Assembly (NCBI GenBank): GCA_965246915.1
Contig: CBDFGB010000018.1
Coordinates: forward strand, 11,617 to 75,616
Length of the DNA stretch: 64,000 nt
Reading direction: 5' to 3'
From: Acetobacteraceae bacterium
GTDB taxonomy: Bacteria > Pseudomonadota > Alphaproteobacteria > Acetobacterales > Acetobacteraceae
Shown: positions 19,599 through 29,998 of the stretch, piece after piece
Layout: each line of letters starts with the position of its first letter
Position numbering within the stretch: the stretch's first letter is position 1
The notes under the pieces: generated by a model
What the model saw: the letters and a program-made list of their open reading frames with translations, nothing else
Told to the model about the DNA's origin: nothing
Database searches by the model: none
Program-made: the position numbers and the translations under genes

Positions 19599-20927
19599 CT
19601 ATGCTCCGGCCAAGGCCTGCGTCAGGTCGGCCAGAATGTCGTCGATATGCTCGAGTCCGACCGACAGCCGGACGTATCCGGGGGTCACGCCGGTCGAGAA
19701 CTGCTCCTCTACCGTCAGCTGGGAGTGCGTGGTGCTTGCCGGATGGATCGCGAGGCTGCGCGCATCGCCGATATTGGCGACGTGGTAGAACAGCTGCAGT
19801 CCATCGATGAACCGCCGTCCGGCGTCCGCGCCGTCGGCCAGCTCGAACCCGACCAGACCGCCATAGCCGCCGCGCAGCAGCGCGTCCGCCCGCCGCCGCG
19901 CCTCGCCGCTCTGCAGGCCGGGATAGATCACGCGGGTCACCTTGGCATGGCCGGCCAGAAAATCCGCGACCCGGGCGGCGTTCTCGACATGCCGCTGCAG
20001 CCGGACCGGAAGGGACTCGAGGCCCTGGATGGTCTGGAAGGCGCTCAGCGGCGACACGGCGGCGCCGATGTCGCGCTGCAGGCTGACGCGCGCGCGCAGG
20101 ATGAAGGCAATCGGCCCGAGCGGCTTGGCCGCCTCGATCCAGTTGGCACCGTGGTAGGCCGGGTCCGGCTCCGACAGCAGCGGGAAGCGCGTCTTGTGCT
20201 CCTCCCACGGAAAGTTGCCGCCATCGACGATGACACCACCGATCGTCGTGCCATGGCCGCCGATGAATTTCGTCGTCGAATGGACGACCACCGCCGCCCC
20301 GTGATCGAGCGGCCGGGCCAGGATCGGGGCCGCCGTGTTGTCCATGATCAGCGGAATGCCCAGCCTGCGGCCGATCGCCGCGACGTCGGCCACCGGAAAC
20401 ACTTCCAGCTTCGGATTGGGCAACGTCTCGGCGTAATAGGCCCGGGTCCGCTGGTCGCTCGCGCGCGCGAAGCCGTCCGGATCGGCCGGATCGACGAACC
20501 GCACCTCGATGCCCAGCCGCTTGAACGTGTTGGCAAACAGCGCCCAGGTGCCGCCGTAAAGATCAGTGGAGCTGACGATGTTGTCGCCCGCTTGCGCCAC
20601 GGTCAGCACCGCGAAGGTCGACGCCGCCTGTCCGGAGGCGACGGCCAAGGCGGCCACACCGCCCTCGAGCCGGGCGATCCGCTGCTCCAGTGCGTCGGTC
20701 GTCGGGTTCATCAGCCGCGTGTAGACGTTGCCGAGTTCCTGCAACGCGAACAGGCGCGAAGCATGCGCCGTGTCCTGGAACTGGAACGAGGTGGTCTGGT
20801 AGATCGGCACCGCGACCGCGCCCGTGGTTGGATCGGCGCGATAGCTGCCGCCGTGCAGCACGATCGTTTCCGGATGCTGCGTGCGGTCGGCGAGCCGGAT
20901 CACGGGCGGGACATTTGTATCGGGCAT
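19599..20927 (-). CDS. metY: O-acetylhomoserine aminocarboxypropyltransferase / sulfhydrylase
   Basis: Cys/Met-metabolism PLP enzyme pattern: HGGSYRADPTTGAVAVPIYQTTSFQF...GNVYTRLMNPT...STTKFIGGHGT; 442 aa. Confidence 0.9.
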   Translation of the reverse strand: MPDTNVPPVIRLADRTQHPETIVLHGGSYRADPTTGAVAVPIYQTTSFQFQDTAHASRLFALQELGNVYTRLMNPTTDALEQRIARLEGGVAALAVASGQAASTFAVLTVAQAGDNIVSSTDLYGGTWALFANTFKRLGIEVRFVDPADPDGFARASDQRTRAYYAETLPNPKLEVFPVADVAAIGRRLGIPLIMDNTAAPILARPLDHGAAVVVHSTTKFIGGHGTTIGGVIVDGGNFPWEEHKTRFPLLSEPDPAYHGANWIEAAKPLGPIAFILRARVSLQRDIGAAVSPLSAFQTIQGLESLPVRLQRHVENAARVADFLAGHAKVTRVIYPGLQSGEARRRADALLRGGYGGLVGFELADGADAGRRFIDGLQLFYHVANIGDARSLAIHPASTTHSQLTVEEQFSTGVTPGYVRLSVGLEHIDDILADLTQALAGA

Positions 20928-20944
20928 GCGAATGGGCTCCTGTG

Positions 20945-22000
20945 TCAGGGAACGCCGTTGTCAGGGAACGCGTCTGGCGAGACGGGGGCGAGCAAATCGG
21001 CATGGTGGCGGGCCGCCACGTCGGGATGCGACCGCAGCCGCCCCTTCAACGTGTTCTGCCCGACCTGATGGAACAGCGGATTTTTCGGGTCCCGCTCGAA
21101 CCCGGCCGCCTGCGCCGCAAGGTCGGGCGGCAGCGTCAGGGCCGGTACGGTGGCGTCGAGCCGCGCGCCCAGGAAGAACGCGAGCGAGATGCGGTCACGC
21201 CCCGCCGGCGGGCTCACCACGCGATGCACGGTGGCGCGCAGGAACCCGTCGGAGGCAAGTTCCAGCAACTCGCCGATATTGACGACGAAATGGCCCGGCC
21301 GGGGGCTCGCATCGATCCACCCGGACGCGCCCTCGACCTGCAAGCCGCCCTGCCCGTCTTGGCAGATCAGCGACAGCAGGCCGCTGTCCTTGTGCGCGCC
21401 GACCCCCTGATCCCCCTCGCCCGCCTCCCGCCCCGGATAGCGGATGATTTTCACGAGCTGATGCGGGCTGCCGTCATAGATCGGCGCGAAGGCGTTCTCA
21501 TCCTGTCCGAGCGCGAGTGCGAACGCCCGCAGCAGCCGGACCAGGACCCGGGTCACCGCCTCCTGCCATGCCAGCACCGTCTCGCGAAACTCCGGCAGCG
21601 CCGCCGGCCACTGGTTCGGGCCTTGCAGCCGGGTCCAAGCCGGCACGCCCGGCCGCCGCGGCACCGCGTCCCGCTCCGCGCCGATATCGATCTGCTCGCG
21701 CCAGTCCGGTTTGCCGCGCGTGATCTCGCCGCCGGCCCGCGTATAGCCCCTGAAATGTGGCGAACGAACCATCTCGACCGCCAGCTTGTCGTCGAGCGGC
21801 AGGTCGAAGAATTGCCTTCCCAGCGCGACGGTCCGCTGGTTCAGGGCTTCGGGCACGCCATGGCCGGTGACATAGAAGAAGCCAACCTCCCGCGCCGCGC
21901 GTCGAAGCCGATCCAGGAATTTTTCGCGTTCCACCGGCCCCGCGTCGAAGGCTGCAAGATCGAGGATCGGCAGGCCCGTCACCGCGACGTTCGTGTCCAT
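20945..22000 (-). CDS. 2-oxoglutarate/Fe(II)-dependent oxygenase (isopenicillin N synthase family)
   Basis: Start at MDTNVAVTGLPILDL (ATG 22000, RBS GGAGGAG). N-terminal DIOX_N-like region; HxD...H facial triad context (GAHKDSGLLSLI...ATVHRV). The upstream 63 codons of the track ORF are ignored. Confidence 0.85.
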   Translation of the reverse strand: MDTNVAVTGLPILDLAAFDAGPVEREKFLDRLRRAAREVGFFYVTGHGVPEALNQRTVALGRQFFDLPLDDKLAVEMVRSPHFRGYTRAGGEITRGKPDWREQIDIGAERDAVPRRPGVPAWTRLQGPNQWPAALPEFRETVLAWQEAVTRVLVRLLRAFALALGQDENAFAPIYDGSPHQLVKIIRYPGREAGEGDQGVGAHKDSGLLSLICQDGQGGLQVEGASGWIDASPRPGHFVVNIGELLELASDGFLRATVHRVVSPPAGRDRISLAFFLGARLDATVPALTLPPDLAAQAAGFERDPKNPLFHQVGQNTLKGRLRSHPDVAARHHADLLAPVSPDAFPDNGVP

Positions 22001-22088
22001 GGGCTCCTCCCCGCGTAGCGCTTGCACTCGAATGAAGCATTCACGCTTAGGAATGTCTACTCTGCCGATTTCACGACAGCTAGACGTT

Positions 22089-22382
22089 TTATCCGTCGCT
22101 CGAGCCGGGCGGCGTATCCCAGACGTTCTGGTAAACCGCCGCCAGCGGCAGCTCGATCCCAACTTCCGGCAATGGGATCGCGCCCTCAATGACGACTCGC
22201 CCCACCCAGTCGTCGCCCGCGCGTGAGAGGACGGTGGCCGCCGTGCGGTCCTGCTCCAGCATGACGTAATGCTGGATCGGGCGGGTCCGCCGACGCAACG
22301 CCTGGCTGGCCTCCCAGTCGAGAAACCGGGCCAAGCTCCATCGCAGCGGTCGTTGGGCGAAGTACATAATCGATAGTATCAT
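22089..22382 (-). CDS. possible Uma2-family endonuclease C-terminal fragment (97 aa)
   Basis: ...[52 protein letters not shown] resembles the C-terminal third of Uma2/DUF820 proteins. No N-terminal catalytic part, and the start region is A/T-rich. Weak call. Confidence 0.3.
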   Translation of the reverse strand: MILSIMYFAQRPLRWSLARFLDWEASQALRRRTRPIQHYVMLEQDRTAATVLSRAGDDWVGRVVIEGAIPLPEVGIELPLAAVYQNVWDTPPGSSDG

Positions 22383-22467
22383 TCGCTCCCTGGGCTCGTC
22401 GATGTTGCCGCCCCGCCGCGGGCGCATTAGGCACGGTCGAGCCATTCCCGAAGGAACTCCGCCCGCC

Positions 22468-23697
<1,230 letters not shown>

Positions 23698-23797
23698 CGA
23701 AGGCGTCAAACAAATGTCGGCTGGTAGAATGACGTCTCGACGGATGTTCAGGTAGTCTCGGTCACGCTGACGCAGATGACGGCACGAGCGTGTTTGC

Positions 23798-25317
23798 TTA
23801 AATTGCGCGGGCGGCACTGCCCTGCCGAAGAATTTCCCGGAGCTCGGCCACGGGCTCAGGCCCAATTCCGTAGCCCCTGTCGCGCTGGGATGGGGCAGGA
23901 CTGTTCGCAGCAGTGAGCCGATGTCGCGGTAGCCGCGCACGCGGATGTCGCGCAGGGCCGCCAGCAGCATCATCTCGACCGACTTGAAGCACGAGACCAT
24001 TGCCTGTCGGGGATAGGCGGCGAGAGCAAATGAAAACAGGATTCCAAGCGCCTGTTCCTCCGCCGCCTGGGTGTCCACGTCCTTAGATATGCCGGATAAT
24101 ACCTTCTCGGTGGCGGTCACGGCGGCGAGCAAGGCGTCTTCCATCCCGGCTGCAACGGCAGATTTCATGCAAAGGTCGATATAGAAGACGGGACTGTGGG
24201 CCAGCGGCGCGGTCTTTTGCCGGTCGGAGATATGCACCATCGTCATTGCATGGGCGGCCATATCGCCTAGCGTCGCGATACAGCCCCGAACTACGGCCTC
24301 ATTCGGATGCTTCGCGGCGTCCTCGCAGATGGCCTTGATGTTTTCGTAGATGGGGCCGAGCACGTCGTCGATGTCGCTCACCCCAATAGGCATTCCACCG
24401 CTCCAATCGGGCAACAGCAGCATGCTGTCGCGCCGCGCCTCGGCGTAAGTCTTGCCGATTTCGGCCATGGTGCGGACGATGGCGTTGACCGCATGGGTGT
24501 CACGCCGTGCGATTGCCCTGCGGGCGAATTCCTCAAGCTGCGTGGTCCAGACGTTCAGCGCGTTCGCCAGCTTCGACTTGGAATAACAGGCGTACCGGAA
24601 GGCTTCGATGTTGATGTCATCTCCCAGTGCAACACGTTGGATGCGGACAAGCCGCTCAACTCCGCTCCTGGTTTGTCGGACGTATCGGCTGCATTCATTG
24701 CTTACCAGACTGAGCGCTGTCGCCGGGTCGAGCAAATCCAGCGCACGGCTGTAGAATGCGCGCAGCGCGTCCAATGACGCGCCCAGCAGGACGAACTGCC
24801 CGGCAAGCGCGTATCGGGGGCTGAGCGAAAATGTCCAGCCTGCGCCGAGCAGCAACGAGGCCAGCGCCGCACATGACAGCAGCGCAAAAGCGCCGAGCGT
24901 TGTCGCGTCGCGCGCGTACAGCTTGAGGATGGCGGAAGAGAAAACGTCGGCAGCCTTCTGGGCGGGCACGATGGAAAGAGACAGAACCAGCGCGAGCGCG
25001 GTGCCGATGATACCCGCGCTCGCCAGATGCACCTCGCTCGCCTTGAGCGCGGCGCTCGTCGCCACAGCTTCCGGCAGGGTGAGCGCGAACAGCGCCGCAA
25101 GCAGCAGCCCTACGGCCGTTGCTATCCACCTAGTTGCGAAGGTCACGGCAGTGCGCACCGTCACATGCGCCTGATTGCGCACCTCGAGGAGCGCCAGACG
25201 CGTGCGGAGAATGTTGCGTTTCCTCGCGACGCGAAGTTTACGCCGAAACAGGCGATATCGCGCCTTCGCCGCGTGCTTGGTTCTTTGGGCGAGAAGGGAC
25301 AGGCGTAGAAGCCGCAT
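23798..25317 (-). CDS. hypothetical ~500-aa membrane protein (basic N-terminus, about 4 TM helices, helical C-terminal domain); apparent frameshift near the 3' end, possible pseudogene
   Basis: Protein-like sequence runs from MRLLRLSLLAQRTK... (ATG 25317) to ...RGYRDIGSLLRTVLPHPS. The frame then has no stop until 22186, antisense to all of argG. The adjacent frame gives a plausible end ...RGYGIGPEPVAELREILRQGSAARAI-TAA at 23798. The 1520-nt span is not a multiple of 3. Confidence 0.5.
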
Positions 25318-25330
25318 GAGAATGCTCACG

Positions 25331-25765
25331 TCAGTCCCTAGGCGTGGCTTTCCCCTGTCCCTCGGTCCAGACTTCGGCGAGCTTCGCCATGAGTGCATTG
25401 AACAGACGAGGCGGGAGAAACCCGTAGGCGTAGGTGTCGCGCGATCGGGGAACTGAGCGCAGGTCGAAGCCCGGCCACGTGAATTCGTTCACCTCGTCGA
25501 CCACAACCCATGAGCGGTCGGCATCGAGGCCGAGGTGACGTTTCACCGCAGTGGGCAACTCTATCGCAGTCGCCGGATGGTCGGGTGGGCAGTGCGTCAC
25601 GGGCGCCACCCGGACCATCGTGGAGCCGTCGGCTGCTTTCTGCGCCGCGAGGACGACGACGCAGGGGCGGTTCTTGACGCCCTCTTCCCGACCAGCCCTG
25701 TGTTCGTGATGCCATAGATACGCGTAGGAAACAACCATGCCAGGCTGCGGTTCGGGAAACGCCAT
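25331..25765 (-). CDS. PemK/MazF-like type II toxin
   Basis: N-terminal pattern PQPGMVVSYAYLWHHEHRAGREEGVKNRPCVVVLA matches the PemK-fold P.pG.vv....G.E..K.RP.vVv. 144 aa, directly downstream of a small antitoxin-like gene. Confidence 0.6.
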   Translation of the reverse strand: MAFPEPQPGMVVSYAYLWHHEHRAGREEGVKNRPCVVVLAAQKAADGSTMVRVAPVTHCPPDHPATAIELPTAVKRHLGLDADRSWVVVDEVNEFTWPGFDLRSVPRSRDTYAYGFLPPRLFNALMAKLAEVWTEGQGKATPRD

Positions 25766-25776
25766 ATTTGGACAGG

Positions 25777-26046
25777 CTATTCCTTGTCCAACAGTGCGTT
25801 GAGGTGGTCGTGCTCGGGGGCCATGCGGCCGGCCGCCATCTGCTCGATTTCTTCCTTCGTCATATCGACGACGGCCCGGCTGCGCCGCGCATAAGCCCGA
25901 AGGCGTTGCAGCTCCTCGAACTCGACGGCCGACACGAAATAACCCGTAGCCCGGCCATGGCTGGTCACCGCCACTGGCTCGCGCTGGGCGATTTCCCGGT
26001 ATTGCCCGAAGTTGCGGGTGAACTCGGTCGCTGGAACCTCACGCAT
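25777..26046 (-). CDS. Phd/YefM-family type II antitoxin
   Basis: MREVPATEFTRNFGQYREIAQREPVAVTSHGRATGYFVSAVEFEELQ is the classic Phd/YefM N-terminal fold. 89 aa; GAGG RBS; its stop lies 11 nt upstream of the toxin start. Confidence 0.7.
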   Translation of the reverse strand: MREVPATEFTRNFGQYREIAQREPVAVTSHGRATGYFVSAVEFEELQRLRAYARRSRAVVDMTKEEIEQMAAGRMAPEHDHLNALLDKE

Positions 26047-26067
26047 AGCGCCTCGCTTTCTATACGC

Positions 26068-26096
26068 AATTTACGCATTTTGTGCGAAATTATCAA
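26068..26096 (-). promoter_or_regulatory. sigma70-like promoter of the toxin-antitoxin operon with an embedded dyad
   Basis: On the minus strand: TTGATA, 17 nt, TAAATT, then about 20 nt to ATG 26046. The spacer contains the inverted repeat CGCA-CAAAA-TGCG, a plausible autoregulatory operator. Confidence 0.45.
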
Positions 26097-26238
26097 GGTG
26101 ATCGGGCGACAGCGATGGGCAAGGCCGCCGAACCAGCGGCATAGCTCGCTACATGTCGGACGTCGGCACGTGCCGCGCATTCTCCAATCGGGCGATCACC
26201 GATTGCATGTATCGAGCTCCCCGGCGAGGAGCGGTGCC

Positions 26239-27135
26239 TCAAACCTTCCTCGTCGAAGCCCCATAAATCTCCTCGATCGCCTCGCCCAGCGCCGCATCGA
26301 ACTCCGCCTCGCTCATGGAATGCCGCAAATCGCCGATCAACGCGCGCGAGAAACTCGCGATCATGCCGTGGTTCTCAGCCAGCCGACGGCACGCGTCGGC
26401 CCGCGTGTACCCGCCAGACAGCGCCACCACCCGCATCACCCGCGGATGCGCGATCAGCCCCGCATACAGATCCGGCACGTCCGGAATCGTGAGCTTCAGC
26501 ATCACCTGCCGCCCCTCCGGCAGCGCGTCGGCATGGCGGCTCAACTCCGCAAGCAGGATCGCCTCCGCCCCCGCCTTGTCCGGGCTCTTGATGGAGACTT
26601 CCGGCTCGATGATCGGCATCAGCCCGTGCGCCGCGATCCGCGCGGCCACGTCGAATTGCTGCGCCACGATCGCCGCGATCCCCGCCTGCGAGGGCAGATT
26701 GATCACCGAACGCATCTTGGTGCCGAAAATCCCGAGCCCGACCGCACGCGCCAGCAATTCATCGAGGCCAGAAATCGGCTTCATCAACTGGACCCCGTCC
26801 GCCTCGGCCTCCAGCCCCTTGTCGACCTTCAGGAACGGCACGATGCCCCGGTCCTGCCAAAGATACGAAGGCACCGCCTTGCCCTTCGCCTGTCCGTCCA
26901 TCGTGCGCTCGAACAGGATCGCGGCGATGACCTTGTCGCCGCTGAACGCCGGCGCGGTGATGATGCGCACCCGCATCTCATGCACCAGCCGGAACATCTC
27001 CGCCTCGCCGCTGTAGGCGCTCTCGGGAATGCCGTACAGACGCAGCGCCCCCGGCGTGGAGCCGCCGCTCTGGTCGAGGGCGGCGATGAAACCGCCCTTG
27101 CCGGCCATCTGCGCCGTCATCGTCTCGTCGGCCAT
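26239..27135 (-). CDS. fba: class I fructose-bisphosphate aldolase
   Basis: GFIAALDQSGGSTPGALRLYGI...ILFERTMD...PFLKVDKGL is the class I (Schiff-base) FBA pattern. ATG 27135 is preferred over 27144 because of the GAGGATGAGGA RBS. Confidence 0.9.
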   Translation of the reverse strand: MADETMTAQMAGKGGFIAALDQSGGSTPGALRLYGIPESAYSGEAEMFRLVHEMRVRIITAPAFSGDKVIAAILFERTMDGQAKGKAVPSYLWQDRGIVPFLKVDKGLEAEADGVQLMKPISGLDELLARAVGLGIFGTKMRSVINLPSQAGIAAIVAQQFDVAARIAAHGLMPIIEPEVSIKSPDKAGAEAILLAELSRHADALPEGRQVMLKLTIPDVPDLYAGLIAHPRVMRVVALSGGYTRADACRRLAENHGMIASFSRALIGDLRHSMSEAEFDAALGEAIEEIYGASTRKV

Positions 27136-27210
27136 TTTCCTCATCCTCGCTCGGACCAGCGCCGACGACCTAATGACATGGCCCGCAAGAGGCGTGCAAT
27201 CGCGCGGCAG

Positions 27211-27606
27211 TTACGCGGCCGGACCCCGCCAGGCCGGCGCGGGGCGGACCGTGCGCCGGATCAGCCGCAGGATCCGGTCCTCGGACGGGCGCACCACGCC
27301 GTCCGCGCGGGCGACATGCTCGGCGCAGGCGACAACCAGCCGTGCCTTCGGATGGCCGGCGATGCGGCGCAGCGTGGCCACCGCCTCGTCGAGTCCGTCC
27401 TGGCCCTCGATCTGCCGCAGCCGCAGGTCGAAGCTCGCGGCCGCCTCGCGCGCGCAGGTGCCTCCCAACAGCCCTGCGTCCGCGAGCCAGGCGACCAGTC
27501 GCTCCCGCTCGGACGCCTCGACCCAGCGGTCCGACCGCGCGACGCAGGCCGCCGCCGTGACGGCCGCGACCATCAGCAAATGCGCGTCGGCTGGATCGGA
27601 ACTCAT
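27211..27606 (-). CDS. TerB-like (tellurite-resistance TerB family) domain protein
   Basis: 131 aa from MSSDPADAHLLMVAAVTAAACVARSDRWVEASERERL...ACAEHVARADGVVRPSEDRILRLI, a TerB-type helical bundle with paired acidic motifs. The rest of the 509-aa track ORF is antisense to the next gene. Confidence 0.55.
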   Translation of the reverse strand: MSSDPADAHLLMVAAVTAAACVARSDRWVEASERERLVAWLADAGLLGGTCAREAAASFDLRLRQIEGQDGLDEAVATLRRIAGHPKARLVVACAEHVARADGVVRPSEDRILRLIRRTVRPAPAWRGPAA

Positions 27607-27735
27607 CTCGCGTTGTTTGGCGCGCGGCGTCTTGCGTCGATCCCGCCGGGCGATGACAACGTCGCAACCCGAGGCGCTTGACGGCGTGCGCGCGCATGCC
27701 AAGAAGCAGACGACGCCACAACCCGGGAGGCCGCC

Positions 27736-28974
27736 ATGCCGTTGGACGCGATCGATCTCACGCCACGCATCGTCGAGGCCAAGGCGGCGCTGCGTGCCCG
27801 TCTGCCCGCCTACCGCGAGGTTTTCGCCGAGGTGGCCGACGCGCTCGGCCGGGAGGCAAACGACATCGCAGGCCGCCTCGCCGATGGCGACCCGGTCGTC
27901 CCCTCGGTCGAGTTCGCCGACATCGAGGCGGGTCGGGTGCCCGACGAGACGGTGGCAAAAATCCGCCGCCATGGCTGCGCCATTGTCCGCGGCGTGTTCC
28001 CGCGCGCGCAGGCCGAGGCCTGGGACCGCGCATTGCTCGACTACGTCACGCGCAACGATTACATCGAACGCGCCAAGGACAAAATGGGCCTCGACAAGTA
28101 TTTCTCGCAGCTTAAAAGCGGCCGTCCGCAGATTTACGGAATCTACTGGTCGAAGCCGCAGGTCGAGGCGCGCCAAGGCCCGACGCTTGCCGCCGCGCGC
28201 GCCTGGCTGAACGGGCTGTGGGACGCGGCCGGTGCCTTCACGCCAGACCGCGAATGCACCTATGCCGACCGCATCCGGCAGCGTGAGCCGGGCGACAACA
28301 CGCTCGGTCTGTCGGCGCACATGGACGGCGGCTCGGTGGAGCGCTGGATCGACCCGTCGTATCATGACGTCTACCGCCATGTGTTCGATGGCGATTGGCG
28401 GGCGCACGACCCCTGGGACGGCGCGGGGCGGACCGAGACGAAGGAAATTCCCTCCCCCGCCGTCTGCCGCATGTTCCGTACCTATCAGGGCTGGACGGCG
28501 CTGACGCCGCAGGGGCCGGGCGACGGCACGCTGCAGATCGTGCCGATGGCCAACTCGATCGTCTACATGCTGTTGCGCGCCATTCAGGACGACGTGCCAG
28601 AGGGTGAGCTGTGCGGCGCGGCGGCCGGCCGGGCGCTGCGCATGAACGAGCAATGGCACGCGCCGCTGCTGCGCGCGATGGTCCCCATCCCGCTGGTGCA
28701 GCCGGGCGACACGGTCTGGTGGCACCCCGACGTGGTCCACGCCGTCGAGGACGCCAATCGGGGGACCGGCTACAGCAGCGTCATCTACATCGGCTCCGCG
28801 CCCGACTGCGCCAAGAACCGCGCCTTTCTGCCCTTGCAGCAGGAGGCATTCCTCGCGGGACGCAGTTCGCCGGACTTCGCGCCCGAGGATTACGAGGTCG
28901 ATTTTGCGGGCCGCGCGACGGAGGCCGACCTGTCGCCGCTCGGCCGCCAGCAGATGGGTTTTGCTCCCTGGTAG
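27736..28974 (+). CDS. DUF1479 (YbiU-like) family protein
   Basis: GGGAGG RBS; 412 aa. The overall pattern (..HGCAIVRGVF..., LGLSAHMDGGSVERW, TYQGWTALTPQGPGDGTLQIVP, WWHPDVVHAVE) is as seen in YbiU-type proteins. Confidence 0.75.
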   Translation: MPLDAIDLTPRIVEAKAALRARLPAYREVFAEVADALGREANDIAGRLADGDPVVPSVEFADIEAGRVPDETVAKIRRHGCAIVRGVFPRAQAEAWDRALLDYVTRNDYIERAKDKMGLDKYFSQLKSGRPQIYGIYWSKPQVEARQGPTLAAARAWLNGLWDAAGAFTPDRECTYADRIRQREPGDNTLGLSAHMDGGSVERWIDPSYHDVYRHVFDGDWRAHDPWDGAGRTETKEIPSPAVCRMFRTYQGWTALTPQGPGDGTLQIVPMANSIVYMLLRAIQDDVPEGELCGAAAGRALRMNEQWHAPLLRAMVPIPLVQPGDTVWWHPDVVHAVEDANRGTGYSSVIYIGSAPDCAKNRAFLPLQQEAFLAGRSSPDFAPEDYEVDFAGRATEADLSPLGRQQMGFAPW

Positions 28975-29002
28975 CTCGCCGCTCGCGGGCGCTCATGCAA
29001 CG

Positions 29003-29998
29003 GTGATTGCAGCCGCCGCCCCCTACCCGGCCCCTCGCCACGAGGGGGACGGAGCAAGTTATTCTCCCTCCCCCTCGTGGGGAGGGACGGGTTGGGGGGT
29101 CTGGTTCACACGCGATATTGCGGTCATCCTGGCAGCAACAGTCCTTGGGTGGATACTGCTGCTATCCTCGTCATTCGCGAGGGCTAACGACAGCGAGCTC
29201 CTCGACCGCCTGATTGCCGCCTACCCGGAACAACTCGCTGGCCGCTCCGGCTCGGTCCTTCTGTGGCGCGACGGCACGGCCATGGACGCGGACGACGGAC
29301 GCCCCGACAAGACTGCGGCCGAAGCGCTGGAGAACGGTTCGCTGCTCGACCAGCTCCGCCCCGACCCCGCCGACCCCGGTCGGATTCGCAACCGCGCGTT
29401 CTTCGACAAACTCTACGGCGATTGCCACGACGGAAGCGTGACGCCAAACCTCGTGCGGGTCGTCTGGCTGCCCAAGACCTATGGCCGCGCGTTGCAGGTC
29501 ACCTCGGTCGCCGGCGTCGCGGGCGAGGTCGCCGCCATCTCGCGCGAACTCGACGAGTTGCCCGAAGACGAGAAACGGTTCGCCTATCCGCCCGGCGGAA
29601 CCTACGCCTGCCGCACCGTGGCCCACACCGATCGGCCGAGCATGCACGCCTGGGGAGCGGCCATCGACATCAACACGTCACTGACGAGCTACTGGGCGTG
29701 GGGCGGCAAGCGACGCGACGTGCCGGCGTCGGTCACAAACATCTTCCGCCGGCACGGCTTCATCTGGGGCGGCGACTGGGCGCATTTCGACACGATGCAC
29801 TTCGAGTATCGCCCGGAACTGCTCCCGGACTACGTCGCGAGCCGATCGAGCGCGGCCAGCAACGCATCGCCCATCCCCGTCGTGCCGACCGCGGTGCAGC
29901 CCGGCGCCATCACGTCGGGCGTGCGCAGACCCGACGCCAGCACCTCGGTGCAGGCCCGCTCGACCAACGCCGCGTCGTCGGACAAGCCGAACGAGTAA
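29003..29998 (+). CDS. M15-family D-Ala-D-Ala carboxypeptidase/peptidase (VanY/extensin-like); start uncertain
   Basis: TM/signal segment [24 protein letters not shown]-terminal metal motif context [11 protein letters not shown]...[18 protein letters not shown]. No canonical start lies after the hairpins at 29031-29087, so GTG 29003 was chosen. The 3' end overlaps leuB by 169 nt. Confidence 0.6.
   Translation: MIAAAAPYPAPRHEGDGASYSPSPSWGGTGWGVWFTRDIAVILAATVLGWILLLSSSFARANDSELLDRLIAAYPEQLAGRSGSVLLWRDGTAMDADDGRPDKTAAEALENGSLLDQLRPDPADPGRIRNRAFFDKLYGDCHDGSVTPNLVRVVWLPKTYGRALQVTSVAGVAGEVAAISRELDELPEDEKRFAYPPGGTYACRTVAHTDRPSMHAWGAAIDINTSLTSYWAWGGKRRDVPASVTNIFRRHGFIWGGDWAHFDTMHFEYRPELLPDYVASRSSAASNASPIPVVPTAVQPGAITSGVRRPDASTSVQARSTNAASSDKPNE
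29031..29087. repeat. two adjacent GC-rich REP-like hairpins
   Basis: CCCCTCG-cca-CGAGGGG (29031-29047) and TCCCTCCCC-ctcgt-GGGGAGGGA (29065-29087). This sequence type is common as an intergenic palindromic repeat in alphaproteobacteria. Confidence 0.5.

Noticed and set aside
22001-22088. SAM-II/SAM-V riboswitch in the A/T-rich leader upstream of the 2OG-oxygenase-metY operon
   Set aside because: The leader has a small hairpin (GAATG-CTT-CATTC), but I could not find the conserved AAAGCU pseudoknot element or a GAUUU-type 5' strand. A scan with the SAM-II and SAM-V covariance models would be needed before making any claim.
27211-27606. TerB-domain protein as part of a Shango-type defence system
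   Set aside because: No adjacent ATPase or helicase partners are present. The neighbours are fba and a DUF1479 gene on the other strand.
25768-27681. 637-aa plus-strand ORF
   Set aside because: It is antisense to the antitoxin, the class I aldolase and the TerB-like gene, and has an R/P/H-rich composition.
27607-28740. Upstream part of the 509-aa minus-strand ORF
   Set aside because: It is antisense to the DUF1479 gene. Only the terminal 131 codons (TerB-like) look like a protein.
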